Positions 9,767 through 20,600 of a DNA stretch of 64,000 nt are shown here, one piece after another. The translations under genes and the position numbers were made by a program. Where the stretch lies: positions 50,041-114,040 of IMG/VR virus record IMGVR_UViG_3300043448_000837. One strand, written 5' to 3'. Every line of letters begins with the position of its first letter. The stretch's first letter is position 1. The DNA comes from a virus. Below the pieces are notes generated by a model, which was not told the origin of the DNA, did not search any database, and worked only from the letters and a program-made list of their open reading frames with translations.

Positions 9767-10155
9767 CGCTTCACGTGAATTACAGGAACGTTGTTCCTCT
9801 GCAGCATCTCGATATTCCCAGCGTTATCGTCAGCCCAAACAAGCGGATCACCGTAGAACGAACGGATCCTGTTTAGGTGATCTTCCTTGATAACGTGATC
9901 CGGAACTCCCTCTTGATCGTCTGGGCGCATGAAGATTTGAATCGGAAGAAGGCCGCGCATCTTCAACCATTCGGTTGTTTGTGGGCGCAGTCGTTCAGGG
10001 CGAGCGGTCGAGATTAGCAGAGGACGTTCAGCCTGGAGGGCGATTGCCACAAGAAGCATCGCGGCATTTTCTCTCAGGGTTAGGAGGTTGTTCTCGTCGT
10101 AATGCTCTGAGGTAAGGGTGCCATCAATGTCAAAGACAACAGGTTGTTTTCTCAT
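9763..10155 (-). CDS. HAD phosphatase resembling the T4 PNK 3'-phosphatase domain
   Basis: FDIDGTL, STARPE, MRP, DD motifs; start MRKQP. Confidence 0.75.
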   Translation of the reverse strand: MRKQPVVFDIDGTLTSEHYDENNLLTLRENAAMLLVAIALQAERPLLISTARPERLRPQTTEWLKMRGLLPIQIFMRPDDQEGVPDHVIKEDHLNRIRSFYGDPLVWADDNAGNIEMLQRNNVPVIHVKR

Positions 10156-11341
10156 ACCAATTTTGCTTGCAGTTTGTCCAGGGTCTGAAGAAGGTTGTTC
10201 ATTCGGTTTGCCTCTTGCTGAGCCTCGTCCAGTTGCCCCCTCGTAACGTAGGTGGCGATTGTTTTCGAGCGCCCCGCGCGATAAGTTTCTGCGTAGGCGT
10301 CGGCGCATAGTGCCAGAATCGCCCACTGTTCGTTGGTCAGGGTTACCGAGCGACTGATTTCGTTCTCAGGCTCTCCTGCGAAAACAACTAGCTCTGTGTC
10401 AGTCAACATTTTCTCTCTCTTTGAAGAATTCCGCTGCGATTCTGTCCGCGTTTCGCTTTATTTCGTAGCGCACCCATGGGCTGTCCGGGTGATAGCGAAC
10501 CTTGAACCAGAAACGTTGAAGCTCGATGCGGAGGAGCTTGGATTGCAACACTAACCAGTCATACACGTTGCTATCTTGAACAACAACGTAAACGAGGCAA
10601 GCGCCAATCGTGAACCAAGTTAGTGTGGCGACGTTCATAGTATATTTGCCGAGTCAACTACTACAAGAGTTGAATCGATAGCAACTAGCCACGTGTTCAA
10701 CAGTTTTTTCAGTTTATCGTTATCAACGTTCTCACCGTTGATGTTTAGGTTGAGGTCAGTGTCGTGATCGCCGTTGTAAGACCGGTAGGAAAAGTCAACG
10801 GTGTTCTTTTCAGAGCTCATTTTGTTTCTTGATGTTGAGTAGGAGAAGGAAGCCTTCGTATTTTGAGAAGGTGGCAACAGGTTGCCAGTGGTTCAGATAA
10901 GAGGTCGAAAGATACCACTCGTCGTCTTTTTTGTAGACGCGAGCGACAGGAACACCCCCATAACTAGCAGCGTAAATCACCTCCGCTTCCGAGGAGGAGA
11001 CGATCCACAATGGTGACTGATAGTCCAAGGGTTTACCGTACTCGACGAATGTTCTCCCAGTAAGGAGAGTCTGGACGTTCATTGGGTTGCACCTTGATCG
11101 GAGTGAGAGTTGCTTTGCGACGCTTGAGAATTTCCCAGAGTCCCGCTTTCAATCGCGGGTCGGTAGTAGTATTATAGGCAGTCACGAGTTTCGTAAATGC
11201 CTCGTCGCGTTCGGGAATGCGGAGGTTTTCACGCGAGAGAATGTCTTTCGTGAGGTCAAGATCGCCAGGTTTGCCTTGAACTTTTGCCCTGCCGAAATTG
11301 CCGGTGTGAACGCCAGTAGTTCGTAGTCCGTGATTTGCCAT
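10152..11341 (-). other. five small hypothetical ORFs (10152-10409, 10399-10638, 10635-10820, 10810-11082, 11033-11341)
   Basis: Tightly packed minus-strand ORFs. Confidence 0.55.
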
Positions 11342-11547
11342 CAGTTAGCACCCTCCAGCTCGTCGGCGATGGCGAGGAGGATGTCAACAGGGACTACCTC
11401 AATCGTTTTATTTACCGCTACGTCGGCAAAGGTACTTTGTTTTGCAGCAGCTCGCAGCACGGCGGCAACCGACAGCCTGTTGTCGCAAGGTGCTTTCAGG
11501 TAGGCATCCAGTACCGCCTGCGCGGCGGGGGAGAGAGGTTCAGTCAT
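11341..11547 (-). CDS. paralogous family B protein
   Basis: MTEPLSPAAQAVL...LLAIADELEG. Confidence 0.65.
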   Translation of the reverse strand: MTEPLSPAAQAVLDAYLKAPCDNRLSVAAVLRAAAKQSTFADVAVNKTIEVVPVDILLAIADELEGAN

Positions 11548-11750
11548 AGATTTGAAAGAAAAACGAGTAGTTGTGCGATCAGAAGCAAAGTCAGGCCTAT
11601 CGGGCCCATAATGACAAAGTAGGCGTAGAAAATCAACAGCATCATTGCGTCTACAAGTTCCATGCCTCTGATCCAATGGCGCTCGCTGAACGCGAAAATC
11701 AAGCACGAAAAGATGCCAGCGATGATCCAGAGGGTGGTGCTGCCAGTCAT
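11544..11750 (-). CDS. small membrane protein
   Basis: Two hydrophobic segments. Confidence 0.55.
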   Translation of the reverse strand: MTGSTTLWIIAGIFSCLIFAFSERHWIRGMELVDAMMLLIFYAYFVIMGPIGLTLLLIAQLLVFLSNL

Positions 11751-12091
11751 TCAGGCAGCGCCTCCAGTGCGCGGCGGATCAGGTCAGAGTCCCCGCCAGA
11801 TGTTTCAAATGCCGCTGCAAATGACTCAAAGTGGATCAGCGCCTGCTCCTTCAAGCTCGGCGGCTTGGGGCGGCGAATCATACGAAGATCTGTTGAAACA
11901 TGCTTGCCGTCGCAAATCAATTCACGGGCAAGCACCTCGCAGCACGCCTCCAGCTCAGTGTCGGCGCCCCATTGAGCGGCGCGATCAATCATGTAATCTT
12001 CGCGCTCAACGCTAATAACCTTGAACGGCGACTCTGATAGCCATTCACACCGCAGCTCCGGCGGTGGGGTGATGGGGTGTTGGTTAGTCAT
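11747..12091 (-). CDS. paralogous family A protein
   Basis: ITPPPEL...AAQWGAD...RRPKPPSLKEQAL. Confidence 0.7.
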   Translation of the reverse strand: MTNQHPITPPPELRCEWLSESPFKVISVEREDYMIDRAAQWGADTELEACCEVLARELICDGKHVSTDLRMIRRPKPPSLKEQALIHFESFAAAFETSGGDSDLIRRALEALPE

Positions 12092-12101
12092 GTTGGTTAA
12101 T

Positions 12102-12338
12102 TCAGTTGCCAGGAAAGGTGATCGTGAGCTCATCGCTCCAGAGAGCAGAACTTTCACAGCGAGACAGGTGCATCACGCAGCCTCCGCCAACCATTGTGAA
12201 GTCAGGGTCAAGTCGAACTAGGAAAGGTTGGTTGGAGTATTCAACTCGGCAGCAAAGGTAGTGACCCGGTGCGGTAGGTCTGTTGCGAGGTTTAAGGGTT
12301 AGGTTCGTTGTGAGGGGCACGGGGTCGTTTTCGTTCAT
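12102..12338 (-). CDS. hypothetical early protein (leaderless)
   Basis: ATG 6 nt after -10. Confidence 0.6.
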   Translation of the reverse strand: MNENDPVPLTTNLTLKPRNRPTAPGHYLCCRVEYSNQPFLVRLDPDFTMVGGGCVMHLSRCESSALWSDELTITFPGN

Positions 12339-12409
12339 GAATTAACTATAGCGCCTTTTGCCCGTTTTCGAAAGGGGGCAAACCGCCCTCCCAGGTACGG
12401 TTAACCGCC
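12339..12409 (-). promoter_or_regulatory. Early promoter cassette, copy
   Basis: Near-identical to 4417-4488. Confidence 0.85.
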
Positions 12410-12539
12410 CTACTCGTGATAACCGATAATCACGTATCCTTGCTTCCTCAGGTCGTCCAAAGCGTGTTTCCCCCAGGGAACCCATCGCCACTCAGTTTTT
12501 CCACCTGTAAGAAGCAAGTGAACGCACATGTACCTCATC

Positions 12540-13421
12540 TCAGCACCCAAGTGTCTGCAGGATTTTACCTTTGCGCTTCAACATCTGCTTGAACTCAAGC
12601 GCCTCGAAGAGCGCCTCGACGTGAAGGGGAATGGGCGGACTCGACGCAAACCAGATCAGATCCGGAACGTCGTGCTCCAGCGTTACCAAACGCAGGTTAG
12701 CGAGGAAAGTCCCGGCATTGTCTTTCACCTTCGGGTGAAGGCAAATTCGGTCGGCACCGGTGAGTCCCGAGAAAACGTCCTCCTTGGGGCGACTTTCCTC
12801 GATAATTTTGACGGCAGTCTTCGGACCGATCTTAGGAATCCCTGCCACGTTATCGCTGGAATCACCGCTGAGCGCCTTGAAGTATTTGACCTCTGCCGGG
12901 AACACACCGAAGTGATTAAGCACGCCGTCAATGTCAACAAGCTCGATCTTCTTCGTCGAGCTAAACAGCAGGACCTTCACCCTGTTGCTAACTAACTGAA
13001 GCAAATCTTTGTCACAAGTTAAGATGTGAATTTCGTCGTAGGCCGTTGAATGACGTGAAATATGCGCGATTACGTCGTCAGCCTCGTAGCCTGGTGCCTT
13101 CGCGATCGTCATGCCCAGCGTGGGCAAAACTTCATCCAGCAGCAGGCTTTGATCGGCGTAGTGGGCAATGTCGCCACCCTCACGATTGGCCTTGTAGGCA
13201 GTTGACTCTTTCTTGCGCCAGTTGTTTCCACCTTCGGCGCAGGGAATCACGCAGCTATACTCTTCCTTCGCCATGATGGCAAAGAGTGCGTTTAGGAACC
13301 CCATTGTCCCGGTAACGGGAATTCCGGCCGAAGTTGTGAGCTCACCGCAGGTGCGTGTGAGTGCAGATCGCGAGCGGTGGAACAGGGCGGAGCAGTCGAT
13401 TAGCAGCAGGCGGTTCTTCAT
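12540..13421 (-). CDS. 5'-3' exonuclease / flap endonuclease (Pol I N-terminal, T4 RNase H-like)
   Basis: LLLID, YKANR, YEADDVI, DKDLLQL, GDSSDNVAGIPKIGPKTA. Confidence 0.92.
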   Translation of the reverse strand: MKNRLLLIDCSALFHRSRSALTRTCGELTTSAGIPVTGTMGFLNALFAIMAKEEYSCVIPCAEGGNNWRKKESTAYKANREGGDIAHYADQSLLLDEVLPTLGMTIAKAPGYEADDVIAHISRHSTAYDEIHILTCDKDLLQLVSNRVKVLLFSSTKKIELVDIDGVLNHFGVFPAEVKYFKALSGDSSDNVAGIPKIGPKTAVKIIEESRPKEDVFSGLTGADRICLHPKVKDNAGTFLANLRLVTLEHDVPDLIWFASSPPIPLHVEALFEALEFKQMLKRKGKILQTLGC

Positions 13422-14113
13422 TGAGGGTCGGTTTCGATCTGAAAGAAGGTGTCTTGGGTGGCGTTGTAGGCAGTTAGCACTCCGGTTTTGTACGCAAGAG
13501 TGTCAATGCAAATACCGTTCGGAATTCGGTAGGGCAATGCGCCTTTCGGAGTGTGACCGAAGACAACTTTCTTGAGGTTCGGGGTCCACTTTTCAAATTG
13601 CGGCCCATCGTCCAGAAAGGGTTTCCGCATCCATAGAAATTGCTCTCGAAGGAAGTGCGTCCCCATCATCGTTTGGGGATCCTCACCAGGCGGGCACCCT
13701 GCGTGCGTAAACAGTGTGTCACCGATTACAGCGTAGTACGGCAGCTCGCGAAGCCATTCGGCGTGTTTCCGTAGTTTTTCGAAATCTTCCCAGTTTCCAC
13801 CATTCTTGACCCAGTCTTCCCACCCGCAACCCTCGTCAGCGTTTAGAAACATCTGCTCGTGATTGCCACGAATCACGGTGAATGCCTCAAGACCGTTGCG
13901 AGTGGGATCCTCGAGAAGGCAGCGAGTGAGTTCCAGGACGACCAAGTCCTCCCCGCCACGATCAATCAAGTCGCCAAGAAGAATGACATGGGCTCCGCTG
14001 TCGCGAACCCAGTCAAGAAACATTAGGTAAGGTTCTGCAGTTGCGTGAATGTCACCAACGGCGATCACGTCGCCGGGATTGATAACATCGCAGAAGTTAA
14101 AAATATCCATCAA
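13418..14113 (-). CDS. Metallophosphoesterase (PrpA/B-like Ser/Thr phosphatase)
   Basis: GDIH, GDLIDRG, RGNHE, HAG, FGHTP. Confidence 0.88.
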   Translation of the reverse strand: MMDIFNFCDVINPGDVIAVGDIHATAEPYLMFLDWVRDSGAHVILLGDLIDRGGEDLVVLELTRCLLEDPTRNGLEAFTVIRGNHEQMFLNADEGCGWEDWVKNGGNWEDFEKLRKHAEWLRELPYYAVIGDTLFTHAGCPPGEDPQTMMGTHFLREQFLWMRKPFLDDGPQFEKWTPNLKKVVFGHTPKGALPYRIPNGICIDTLAYKTGVLTAYNATQDTFFQIETDPQ

Positions 14114-14568
14114 AAGATAAAGTTGATTCGATCAAAAGATTCGTTATAGATGTTCTTCAGAGAAGCGTTCAGCTTCTGGTGCATGGTGCGAATCACATGC
14201 TCGGGAACTTTGCGAGTCCGAGAAGCGTTGCGCTTCAGGCAGGTTTCAACAGTCGGGTTGACGACCACGGCTTCAATCTTGGTGTAACCGTAAGACTTCA
14301 GAAGAGCGATAGCCTCCTTCCGATAAGACGCTCGATAATGAGTACCGTCCAGAATAACAGGCATACCGCAAGCTTCAGAAACCAGTTCCTCAATTCGGTC
14401 CTGGATTTCCACCCAGTTGCCCTGGATATCAGCGGACCCGTAGAGTTCAGCGCGGATGTCGTCACCGGAGATAACAAAAGCATTCTCAGACTCTGCCAGT
14501 TCGGAAGCAAAGGTGGATTTGCCGGAGCCAGGAGCTCCAACCATCACGTAAGCGCGGAATTCGTTCAT
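14110..14568 (-). CDS. P-loop kinase (AAA_33, PNK-kinase-like), leaderless
   Basis: GAPGSGKST, D-IR, RNASR..VP; start 6 nt after -10. Confidence 0.85.
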   Translation of the reverse strand: MNEFRAYVMVGAPGSGKSTFASELAESENAFVISGDDIRAELYGSADIQGNWVEIQDRIEELVSEACGMPVILDGTHYRASYRKEAIALLKSYGYTKIEAVVVNPTVETCLKRNASRTRKVPEHVIRTMHQKLNASLKNIYNESFDRINFIF

Positions 14569-14641
14569 GGTATAACTATAGCGTTTTTTGGCCGAAAGGT
14601 AAAGGGGGCAAACCGCCCTCCCAGGTACGGTTAACCGCCCT
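14569..14641 (-). promoter_or_regulatory. Early promoter cassette, copy
   Basis: TTTACC-N17-TATAGT-N6-ATG. Confidence 0.85.
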
Positions 14642-14855
14642 TTCGAGAAGCTTCGTAGAACCGCCAACGATCGAGCCACTCCTTCCAAGGGTTGGAATCG
14701 TCGATTACTCCTTGATCAAGGTTCACAAAGTCTTGAACGATTCGCGCAGCGTCCTGAAGATCTTCGTCACTCCATGGTTCTTTCGGGAAAATGTTCTGGT
14801 TAGGAGTTGCGAGTAGGAGGTTACGCAGCTTGGACTTTAGAATTTCTGTTGTCAC
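14631..14855 (-). CDS. hypothetical protein
   Basis: ORF whose stop lies within the cassette palindrome. Confidence 0.55.
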   Translation of the reverse strand: MTTEILKSKLRNLLLATPNQNIFPKEPWSDEDLQDAARIVQDFVNLDQGVIDDSNPWKEWLDRWRFYEASRKGG

Positions 14856-15387
14856 GGTGAAGCTCCTCTTTACGAAGGATCATAGCCAAGGCAGTCGCGT
14901 ATTCATCTCCACCGTACAGACCGATAAGATCCTGGAGGAATTCCTCCGCATCGATGAAGAATCGCATTTGCGTCGAAGAGTTGGTTCGGCGGTTGATGAT
15001 TGTCGGACAGTCATAGACTTCTCCGAGTTTTCTCGCCATTTCCTGCTGATCGGAACCGAGAACAATCGCGGCTTCCTTCCAGTAGGAAGATTCTACAGCT
15101 TTTGAGACTGCTTCGTACGGGCTCTTGGCTTTGTTAAAGTATACCCGATTCATGTCCAGTTTCGCTTCTCGGCATAGGTGCGTTAGAAGAAGCACACGAA
15201 GGTCCCAATCGTTGTTTTTCACTCCGTCGGACACGTAAACGTGGGCTTCATCGCCGTGGGCGAGCATCATTTGAATAAGCTCAATATGCCCCGAATGAGG
15301 TATATTCATCCGAGCAAAAGTTACGGTGCGCTCATAACGGATGGGTTGTTGTTTCAAGATCGTCTTTTCTCTAACTATAGTAATCAT
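14821..15387 (-). CDS. Cytidylyltransferase-like (HxGH) nucleotidyltransferase
   Basis: FARMNIPHSGH; VLGSD. Confidence 0.7.
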   Translation of the reverse strand: MITIVREKTILKQQPIRYERTVTFARMNIPHSGHIELIQMMLAHGDEAHVYVSDGVKNNDWDLRVLLLTHLCREAKLDMNRVYFNKAKSPYEAVSKAVESSYWKEAAIVLGSDQQEMARKLGEVYDCPTIINRRTNSSTQMRFFIDAEEFLQDLIGLYGGDEYATALAMILRKEELHRDNRNSKVQAA

Positions 15388-15418
15388 ACCGCGAAACGGT
15401 GTCTAAGTAAAGGCGGGT

Positions 15419-16198
15419 TTACCGTCTGTCTTGGGCGGTTAACCGCCCCTTCACCCATCCTAAGGGTTCTTCACCAGGGATGAACATTTTTTCGACAACT
15501 TGCTTCAGGTTTTTGTACCACCTCATGCTCTTAGTTTTAGGTTCCACCCCAAACATAGGGTTATTGCTCCCGGCGACGGCCAAACTTTTCAGTTTACGGG
15601 TCTCCTCCAAGATAGGTTTTCTCCCGTTCCTCCACCCCTCGGGTAAATCGGAGTTTGGGGGTATCATTGTTTCTCGCTCACCATTGGTAATCCACACCCA
15701 TTCATCAATCCTGAAGCAGTTTTCTCTCATTTTTTGGAGGGTCTCTTCTGAGGCTTTTTTGCCCTTCCTGCCTAGTCCGATTTTTCTTTTTCTCTCCTCC
15801 GAGTGGGGTCCTCGGATTTGCCCTCGATTTTTTGAGCCACCTGTCTTACCCATTTCGGAGTAAAATTCAAAAGATCGTTTCGGGAAGTTCGCTGTTCTGT
15901 TATGGTGGGCCTGCCACTTTACACGTAGTGTTTCAAACAACGGGGGAAGAACTTCCCTAGGCACCATAGCAAAGCATTTCCTGCCGGTAACTTCACTCTG
16001 GATAACACCGGCAATCCAATGCTGATAGGTTGTTAGTGACTGAGAGTTTAATGGAGTCAGTAAACCTCCCTCGCAGTCAGGGACTTCAATATGATGAATT
16101 TCTCTACCGTACCAATCCCAATCTTCTTCTGATAAGCGAAGGTTAGCAATGTGGCAATCGTACAAAAAGTCGCTGTAAATGTCTTCTACAGAACGCAT
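15419..16198 (-). CDS. HNH-like homing endonuclease with NUMOD3 repeats
   Basis: EIHHI...LTTYQHWIA; HSEERKRKIG, NNPMFG; start at 16198 after a GGGTATAAT site. Confidence 0.7.
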   Translation of the reverse strand: MRSVEDIYSDFLYDCHIANLRLSEEDWDWYGREIHHIEVPDCEGGLLTPLNSQSLTTYQHWIAGVIQSEVTGRKCFAMVPREVLPPLFETLRVKWQAHHNRTANFPKRSFEFYSEMGKTGGSKNRGQIRGPHSEERKRKIGLGRKGKKASEETLQKMRENCFRIDEWVWITNGERETMIPPNSDLPEGWRNGRKPILEETRKLKSLAVAGSNNPMFGVEPKTKSMRWYKNLKQVVEKMFIPGEEPLGWVKGRLTAQDRR

Positions 16199-16259
16199 GA
16201 CATCAGAATAACTAACGTTATTATACCCGTGTCCGGTATGAGGTAAGTTAAAGTCTGTG

Positions 16260-16442
16260 CTAGCCGCCCTCCTCACTGTCAAACGTGAAATACTCGTAGA
16301 TTTCGCTCATAACGCATTGCTCGATGTGCGCTATGATTGACCCTTCGTTCGGATTTTCCACGTGTTTGTGGGCTCGTGCGTATCCCCGTCTCACACCCTG
16401 CTCGATTGCCATCTCCAGGATGACTCTAGTCTTCGGTTTCAT
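16260..16442 (-). CDS. conserved cyanophage hypothetical protein
   Basis: RAHKHVENP motif ORF. Confidence 0.6.
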   Translation of the reverse strand: MKPKTRVILEMAIEQGVRRGYARAHKHVENPNEGSIIAHIEQCVMSEIYEYFTFDSEEGG

Positions 16443-17265
16443 CGTCGTCTCCCCACCTTAGAACAAGGTGATCATAGGTTCCTGCGAAGTAGTGGTAAAG
16501 TTGTCTGGCGAAGATCTCGTACGGCTCGCCTTGCCCTTCGATTGCGGAAGTTACCGCCACTTGCCAGAAGATTCGAAGGTGGTCTTTTTCAGGGAGTGGT
16601 TTCATCGTACCCTACTATCAAAGATTTTCTTGAGTTCGTTATGAACTGTTCGCAGTTCATCGTACCCATTGTTAATAGTCAATAAATCTTTATTGTGCCC
16701 AAAAAGACTGAAAAGTTGTCGCAGTTGCTCTTCTGAGAGTGTGAGTTTGTAGTTCTTTTGGATTTCAATCATAGTTTATTCCTGTAAGTGTATGTAATTT
16801 CTCCAGTTTCCTTATTCATCAGGTGTGCCCAGTCAGTTGGAAGTGTATCACAACAATCCCGAAACTTTTCAGTTGAAGATACTTCCATCACAATAGGAAG
16901 ATTGTTAGAATGATGATAAAAGATTGCTACAAGAGTCATAAGAGGTTCCTGTGTGTATGAGAATATTATAAGGCACTCACAGGGTCTGCGGTGAGGTCTT
17001 GTGCCAGTTCTTCAAGTGTCAAGTCGTTCCCAAAACATATCAATCATACCACAATTTACTGATGTCCAGAAAACTTGATAGGATTTTCCATCAATAAACA
17101 TAGTCGTGCCAGTTTGGTTCCTAATCTCATCAGGGTCAAGAATTTCTTGGGTTATCCAAAACTTCCAATCATTAAAGCATCTTATAAAATCACACATTAA
17201 AGTTCCTTTGTTTGTCCTACTATTATAAGGCATTTACAGGGTCTATGGTGAGGTCTTGTGCCAGT

Positions 17266-17766
17266 TTAGGGAGTGTCCAGAAGTGCCTTGAGTGCTTCTT
17301 TGAGTTTCTTATTTTCTTCCTCAAGTTCTTTAACTTTTTGAGAAAGAGAAGTATCATCTTGAGTTTCTTCTTTCTTCTCAAGAATAGTTCCAGTTACATT
17401 AGCACCCTCAAGGTTAGCACACCTAAGGTTAGCATACTCAAGGTAAGCACCCCGAAGGTAAGCACCCACAAGGTTAGCATCCCTAAGGTTAGCATACCTA
17501 AGGTTAGCACCCCGAAGGTTAGCATCCACAAGGTCAGCACCCCGAAGGTTAGCACCCACAAGGTTAGCACCCCGAAGGTTAGCATCCACAAGGTCAGCAC
17601 CCACAAGGTTAGCACCCCGAAGGTTAGCATCCACAAGGTCAGCACCCCGAAGGTTAGCACCCACAAGGTTAGCACCCCGAAGGTTAGCATCCACAAGGTC
17701 AGCACCCCGAAGGTTAGCACCCACAAGGTAAGCACCAGGTTTGATTTCGTATCCGTTGATTTTCAT
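17266..17766 (-). CDS. Pentapeptide-repeat protein
   Basis: A(N/D)L(R/V)(G/D) repeats; start MKINGY. Confidence 0.9.
   Translation of the reverse strand: MKINGYEIKPGAYLVGANLRGADLVDANLRGANLVGANLRGADLVDANLRGANLVGADLVDANLRGANLVGANLRGADLVDANLRGANLRYANLRDANLVGAYLRGAYLEYANLRCANLEGANVTGTILEKKEETQDDTSLSQKVKELEEENKKLKEALKALLDTP
17400..17740. repeat. 15-bp tandem coding repeat of the pentapeptide gene
   Basis: Units of the form aggttagcaccccga / aggtcagcacccaca. Confidence 0.9.
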
Positions 17767-18899
17767 AAGAGGTGTCTGTGTGTATGAGAGTATTATAAGG
17801 CAAAACACACTCCATCACAAGGAGGAGTGTGCCAGTTTAGGGAGTGTCCTGATAATACATATCCTCTTCATATTTTACATAATCACTTTGAAGATAGTTA
17901 AAGAACTCTCCGTCTTCACTTCTCATAGTATAGCACCACTCATCAAAGATTTCTCCAATCCAATACCACCCGACTTGGATTTTTTCAAAGAAGTTCATAG
18001 GACGATTGTAGAGTTTAGTCATTTATCGTGAAACCAATTGTAAGCAATCATCCACAATACTCCCCAAGCAGTTCCAAACATAAACCACAAAACATACTGT
18101 GGAAAGAACAAAGCAACTAACAGAACACCAAACCAAAGTGAAGGAACATAGATTGTTTTTAGAGATTTGATGTATTTGAGTAGTTTAGTCATTCTTCATC
18201 CTCATTATAAAACTCATCCCAATCAGGATGAGGAAGTCCAGCAACTACCATTTCACCACATTCAGGACAGTGAAACATACCAATAGGAGCATCTTTGTAG
18301 ATGTCTGCTGTTGGGTCAAAAGTGCATTTAGTCATTTCAATTTTGTAATTAGTCATAAGTCTTTAAATAGTATGATACGAACTTAGGTGTTCATTAACAT
18401 AAGCAATCGCTTTCTTAATATCTCCATTTGTTGAGTATAATGCCTTCTTGCAATCCATTATCCCGGCACCAGTTATTTCACGCAACTCTTTAATTAACTT
18501 AGGGTCTTTATGAGGTTCAGTCATTTCAAGTTATCCATAAGAAATTGTTTGTAATCATCTTGTCCTTTATAATACTCATCGGAATAATCAGGATTATCAA
18601 TTGTATAATCGGGCAACCACTCCTTCAGTAGTTTTATCATTTCTATGACAAACCTTGGGTCGTGTAGTCCTCCCGTTTTTTTAAGATAATAGAAAAAGAA
18701 AGATTCTTTGTTTATACTCATTTTTTCACCTCACAAGAAGCAATAAGTTTTACGATGTGATAGTATTCTTTGTAGTGCTCTGTATTATTCCATTCTTCAT
18801 AGGCATCTTCTATTGTAAGATAAATGTGCTGATTGGTCTTATGTAAATCAGCATAGACTTTACCATCCTGCCTCTTCAACATAATCACATAGAATTCAG

Positions 18900-19124
18900 T
18901 CATTCTTCATCCTCTGCAATTTTCCAGTGTTTGTCCTGCAAGTTTCCGAAACGGTTGGATCCAGTCCGAGTAGACACCCAGAAGAAGTATTTGCGGTTCT
19001 CGGATGCCAGAAACAACTCACCGCCAGTGTCCTGTTCGACAATGCACAGTGGGTTGCCATCCATTGAGTTTGCTAGGCGATTCTTCGCCTTGGCGCTGAG
19101 TGCTTCGACTCTGACTTTCCTCAT
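18900..19124 (-). CDS. conserved cyanophage hypothetical protein
   Basis: KAKNRLANSM...YFFWV. Confidence 0.65.
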   Translation of the reverse strand: MRKVRVEALSAKAKNRLANSMDGNPLCIVEQDTGGELFLASENRKYFFWVSTRTGSNRFGNLQDKHWKIAEDEE

Positions 19125-19723
19125 TTAAAACTAATCACAGTGGGCATCGGAGCGTTGTAGGCAAGCTCCTTCAGGTTGAGACGCTTCGCGTCGTGAGCGT
19201 AGTGGAAGAACCCGCTGTTGGTTCCTTGCCACATGCGGGTAGGATTGCAAGCATGCTTATCAGCAAGGTTGCCAGACTGAGCACGCATAGCTTTCAGGGC
19301 GCGAGCACACTCGTCGTATGACAGATTCAGGTCGGTTTCAACACGCCACAGCAGGCGGTAGGATTGGTTGCGGAAACGACCGTCGTTGGAAAAGGTGAAG
19401 TAACCGAGCCAAGGCTTCATGTCGAAGTAGTTAAACCACTGGACCATATCGTTACCGGAAACTTCGCAAACGTCAAAGTCGAGACCGACAAGCGTTTGAG
19501 TGCGCCAGCAGAGCTTTTCAAACTGGAGTTCCATCAGATCGCGACCGTTCAGGAGACCACCGTAAAAAGGGCAACCTTTCTCGGTCACAAGGCGAATGAA
19601 TTCGTGCTCGTGCAGCGCCTCCCAGGGACGCTGAATCATACGCTCGCGGAGCTTACCGTACTCCTGGAGAGTTTCGGGCTTGGACTGACGGGGATCGCCG
19701 AGGTGGCAGAGGACTTTGTTCAT
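19121..19723 (-). CDS. AEP/primase-polymerase-like domain protein (leaderless)
   Basis: GLDFD, YFTFS, YRL, D..C.NPTRM pattern. Confidence 0.5.
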   Translation of the reverse strand: MNKVLCHLGDPRQSKPETLQEYGKLRERMIQRPWEALHEHEFIRLVTEKGCPFYGGLLNGRDLMELQFEKLCWRTQTLVGLDFDVCEVSGNDMVQWFNYFDMKPWLGYFTFSNDGRFRNQSYRLLWRVETDLNLSYDECARALKAMRAQSGNLADKHACNPTRMWQGTNSGFFHYAHDAKRLNLKELAYNAPMPTVISFK

Positions 19724-19796
19724 GATATAACTATAGCGTGGTTTGGCTGTTTTGGAAAGGGGGGCAAACCGCCCTCCCAGGTACGGTTAACCGCCC
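19724..19796 (-). promoter_or_regulatory. Early promoter cassette, copy
   Basis: TTTCCA-N17-TATAGT-N6-ATG. Confidence 0.85.
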
Positions 19797-20600
19797 TCAC
19801 GGCAAAGTAAGTTCAAGAAGTGGGTTAAAGTCTGGATTAAGATCGCTGGAGTTTACCCCGGTGTAGTAACCACGCGGATTACATATTACACGACAATCGC
19901 CGATGTTGTAATCGAATGAGTTATGTGTGTGTCCGTGCGACCAAACTTTAATTTGAGGGTGCGCCAAGATGTAATCGTTCATGTCGGTAACATACGCCCC
20001 GTTCGCAATACCTGCAGAACGATATTTCGGGTGAACGGACTGGTAAGAAGGGGCATGATGTGTCATTACCCATATTTTTCTCATCTTCATCTCGTTGAGT
20101 TTCTCTGTCAGAAATTTGCGAGATCTTTTATGAAAAGACAAAGTATCGTCCGGGGTCATCTTTCGGTATTTTGATGTTATTCGAACGGTCTTATAGTCGT
20201 TCATGCACTGAGCCGCCTCCATCATTTCCAGTGCATTCTCGTTGCGAAAATCTGTCCAAAACGTTGAACCAATGAACATCCAGTCTTCGACCTCAGCGAT
20301 GTTGTCTTCCAGCAACTCAATACCTTTGGGAAGGTTATCGCGAAGAGCAACCCAGGTTCCCTCGTAGTTGTATCCGTAGTGCTCGTGATTTCCAGCGATG
20401 TAAAGAACCCGATCAAAGTTTTTCAGACACTTATCCAGAAAGTCAAGATAGACTTTCCGAAGGGGTCCGTTTGTTTTCAGGTGCTTTGCGCACAGAATGT
20501 CTCCCCCGAGAACCAGAACATCGCCGGTGCCGAGGTCAGGAACTTCCCCACCACTACAAAACTCGAGGTGCAGATCGGATACGACTCTTACTGTTGTCAT
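19797..20600 (-). CDS. Metallophosphoesterase
   Basis: SDLHLE, GDI, GNHEHY, THHAPS, HGHTH, CNPRGY. Confidence 0.9.
   Translation of the reverse strand: MTTVRVVSDLHLEFCSGGEVPDLGTGDVLVLGGDILCAKHLKTNGPLRKVYLDFLDKCLKNFDRVLYIAGNHEHYGYNYEGTWVALRDNLPKGIELLEDNIAEVEDWMFIGSTFWTDFRNENALEMMEAAQCMNDYKTVRITSKYRKMTPDDTLSFHKRSRKFLTEKLNEMKMRKIWVMTHHAPSYQSVHPKYRSAGIANGAYVTDMNDYILAHPQIKVWSHGHTHNSFDYNIGDCRVICNPRGYYTGVNSSDLNPDFNPLLELTLP

Larger units (their letters stand above)
16690..18905 (-). mobile_element. AT-rich island of small ORFs with its own promoter repeat (GACAC-N7-AACTGGCAC...TATAAT)
   Basis: Visible composition shift; three copies of gtgccagtt..agtgtc at about 17001, 17258 and 17829. Confidence 0.65.

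Noticed and set aside
17212-17787. CRISPR-like array or alternative-frame repeat proteins
   Set aside because: These are 15-bp units without spacers, explained by the pentapeptide-repeat CDS.
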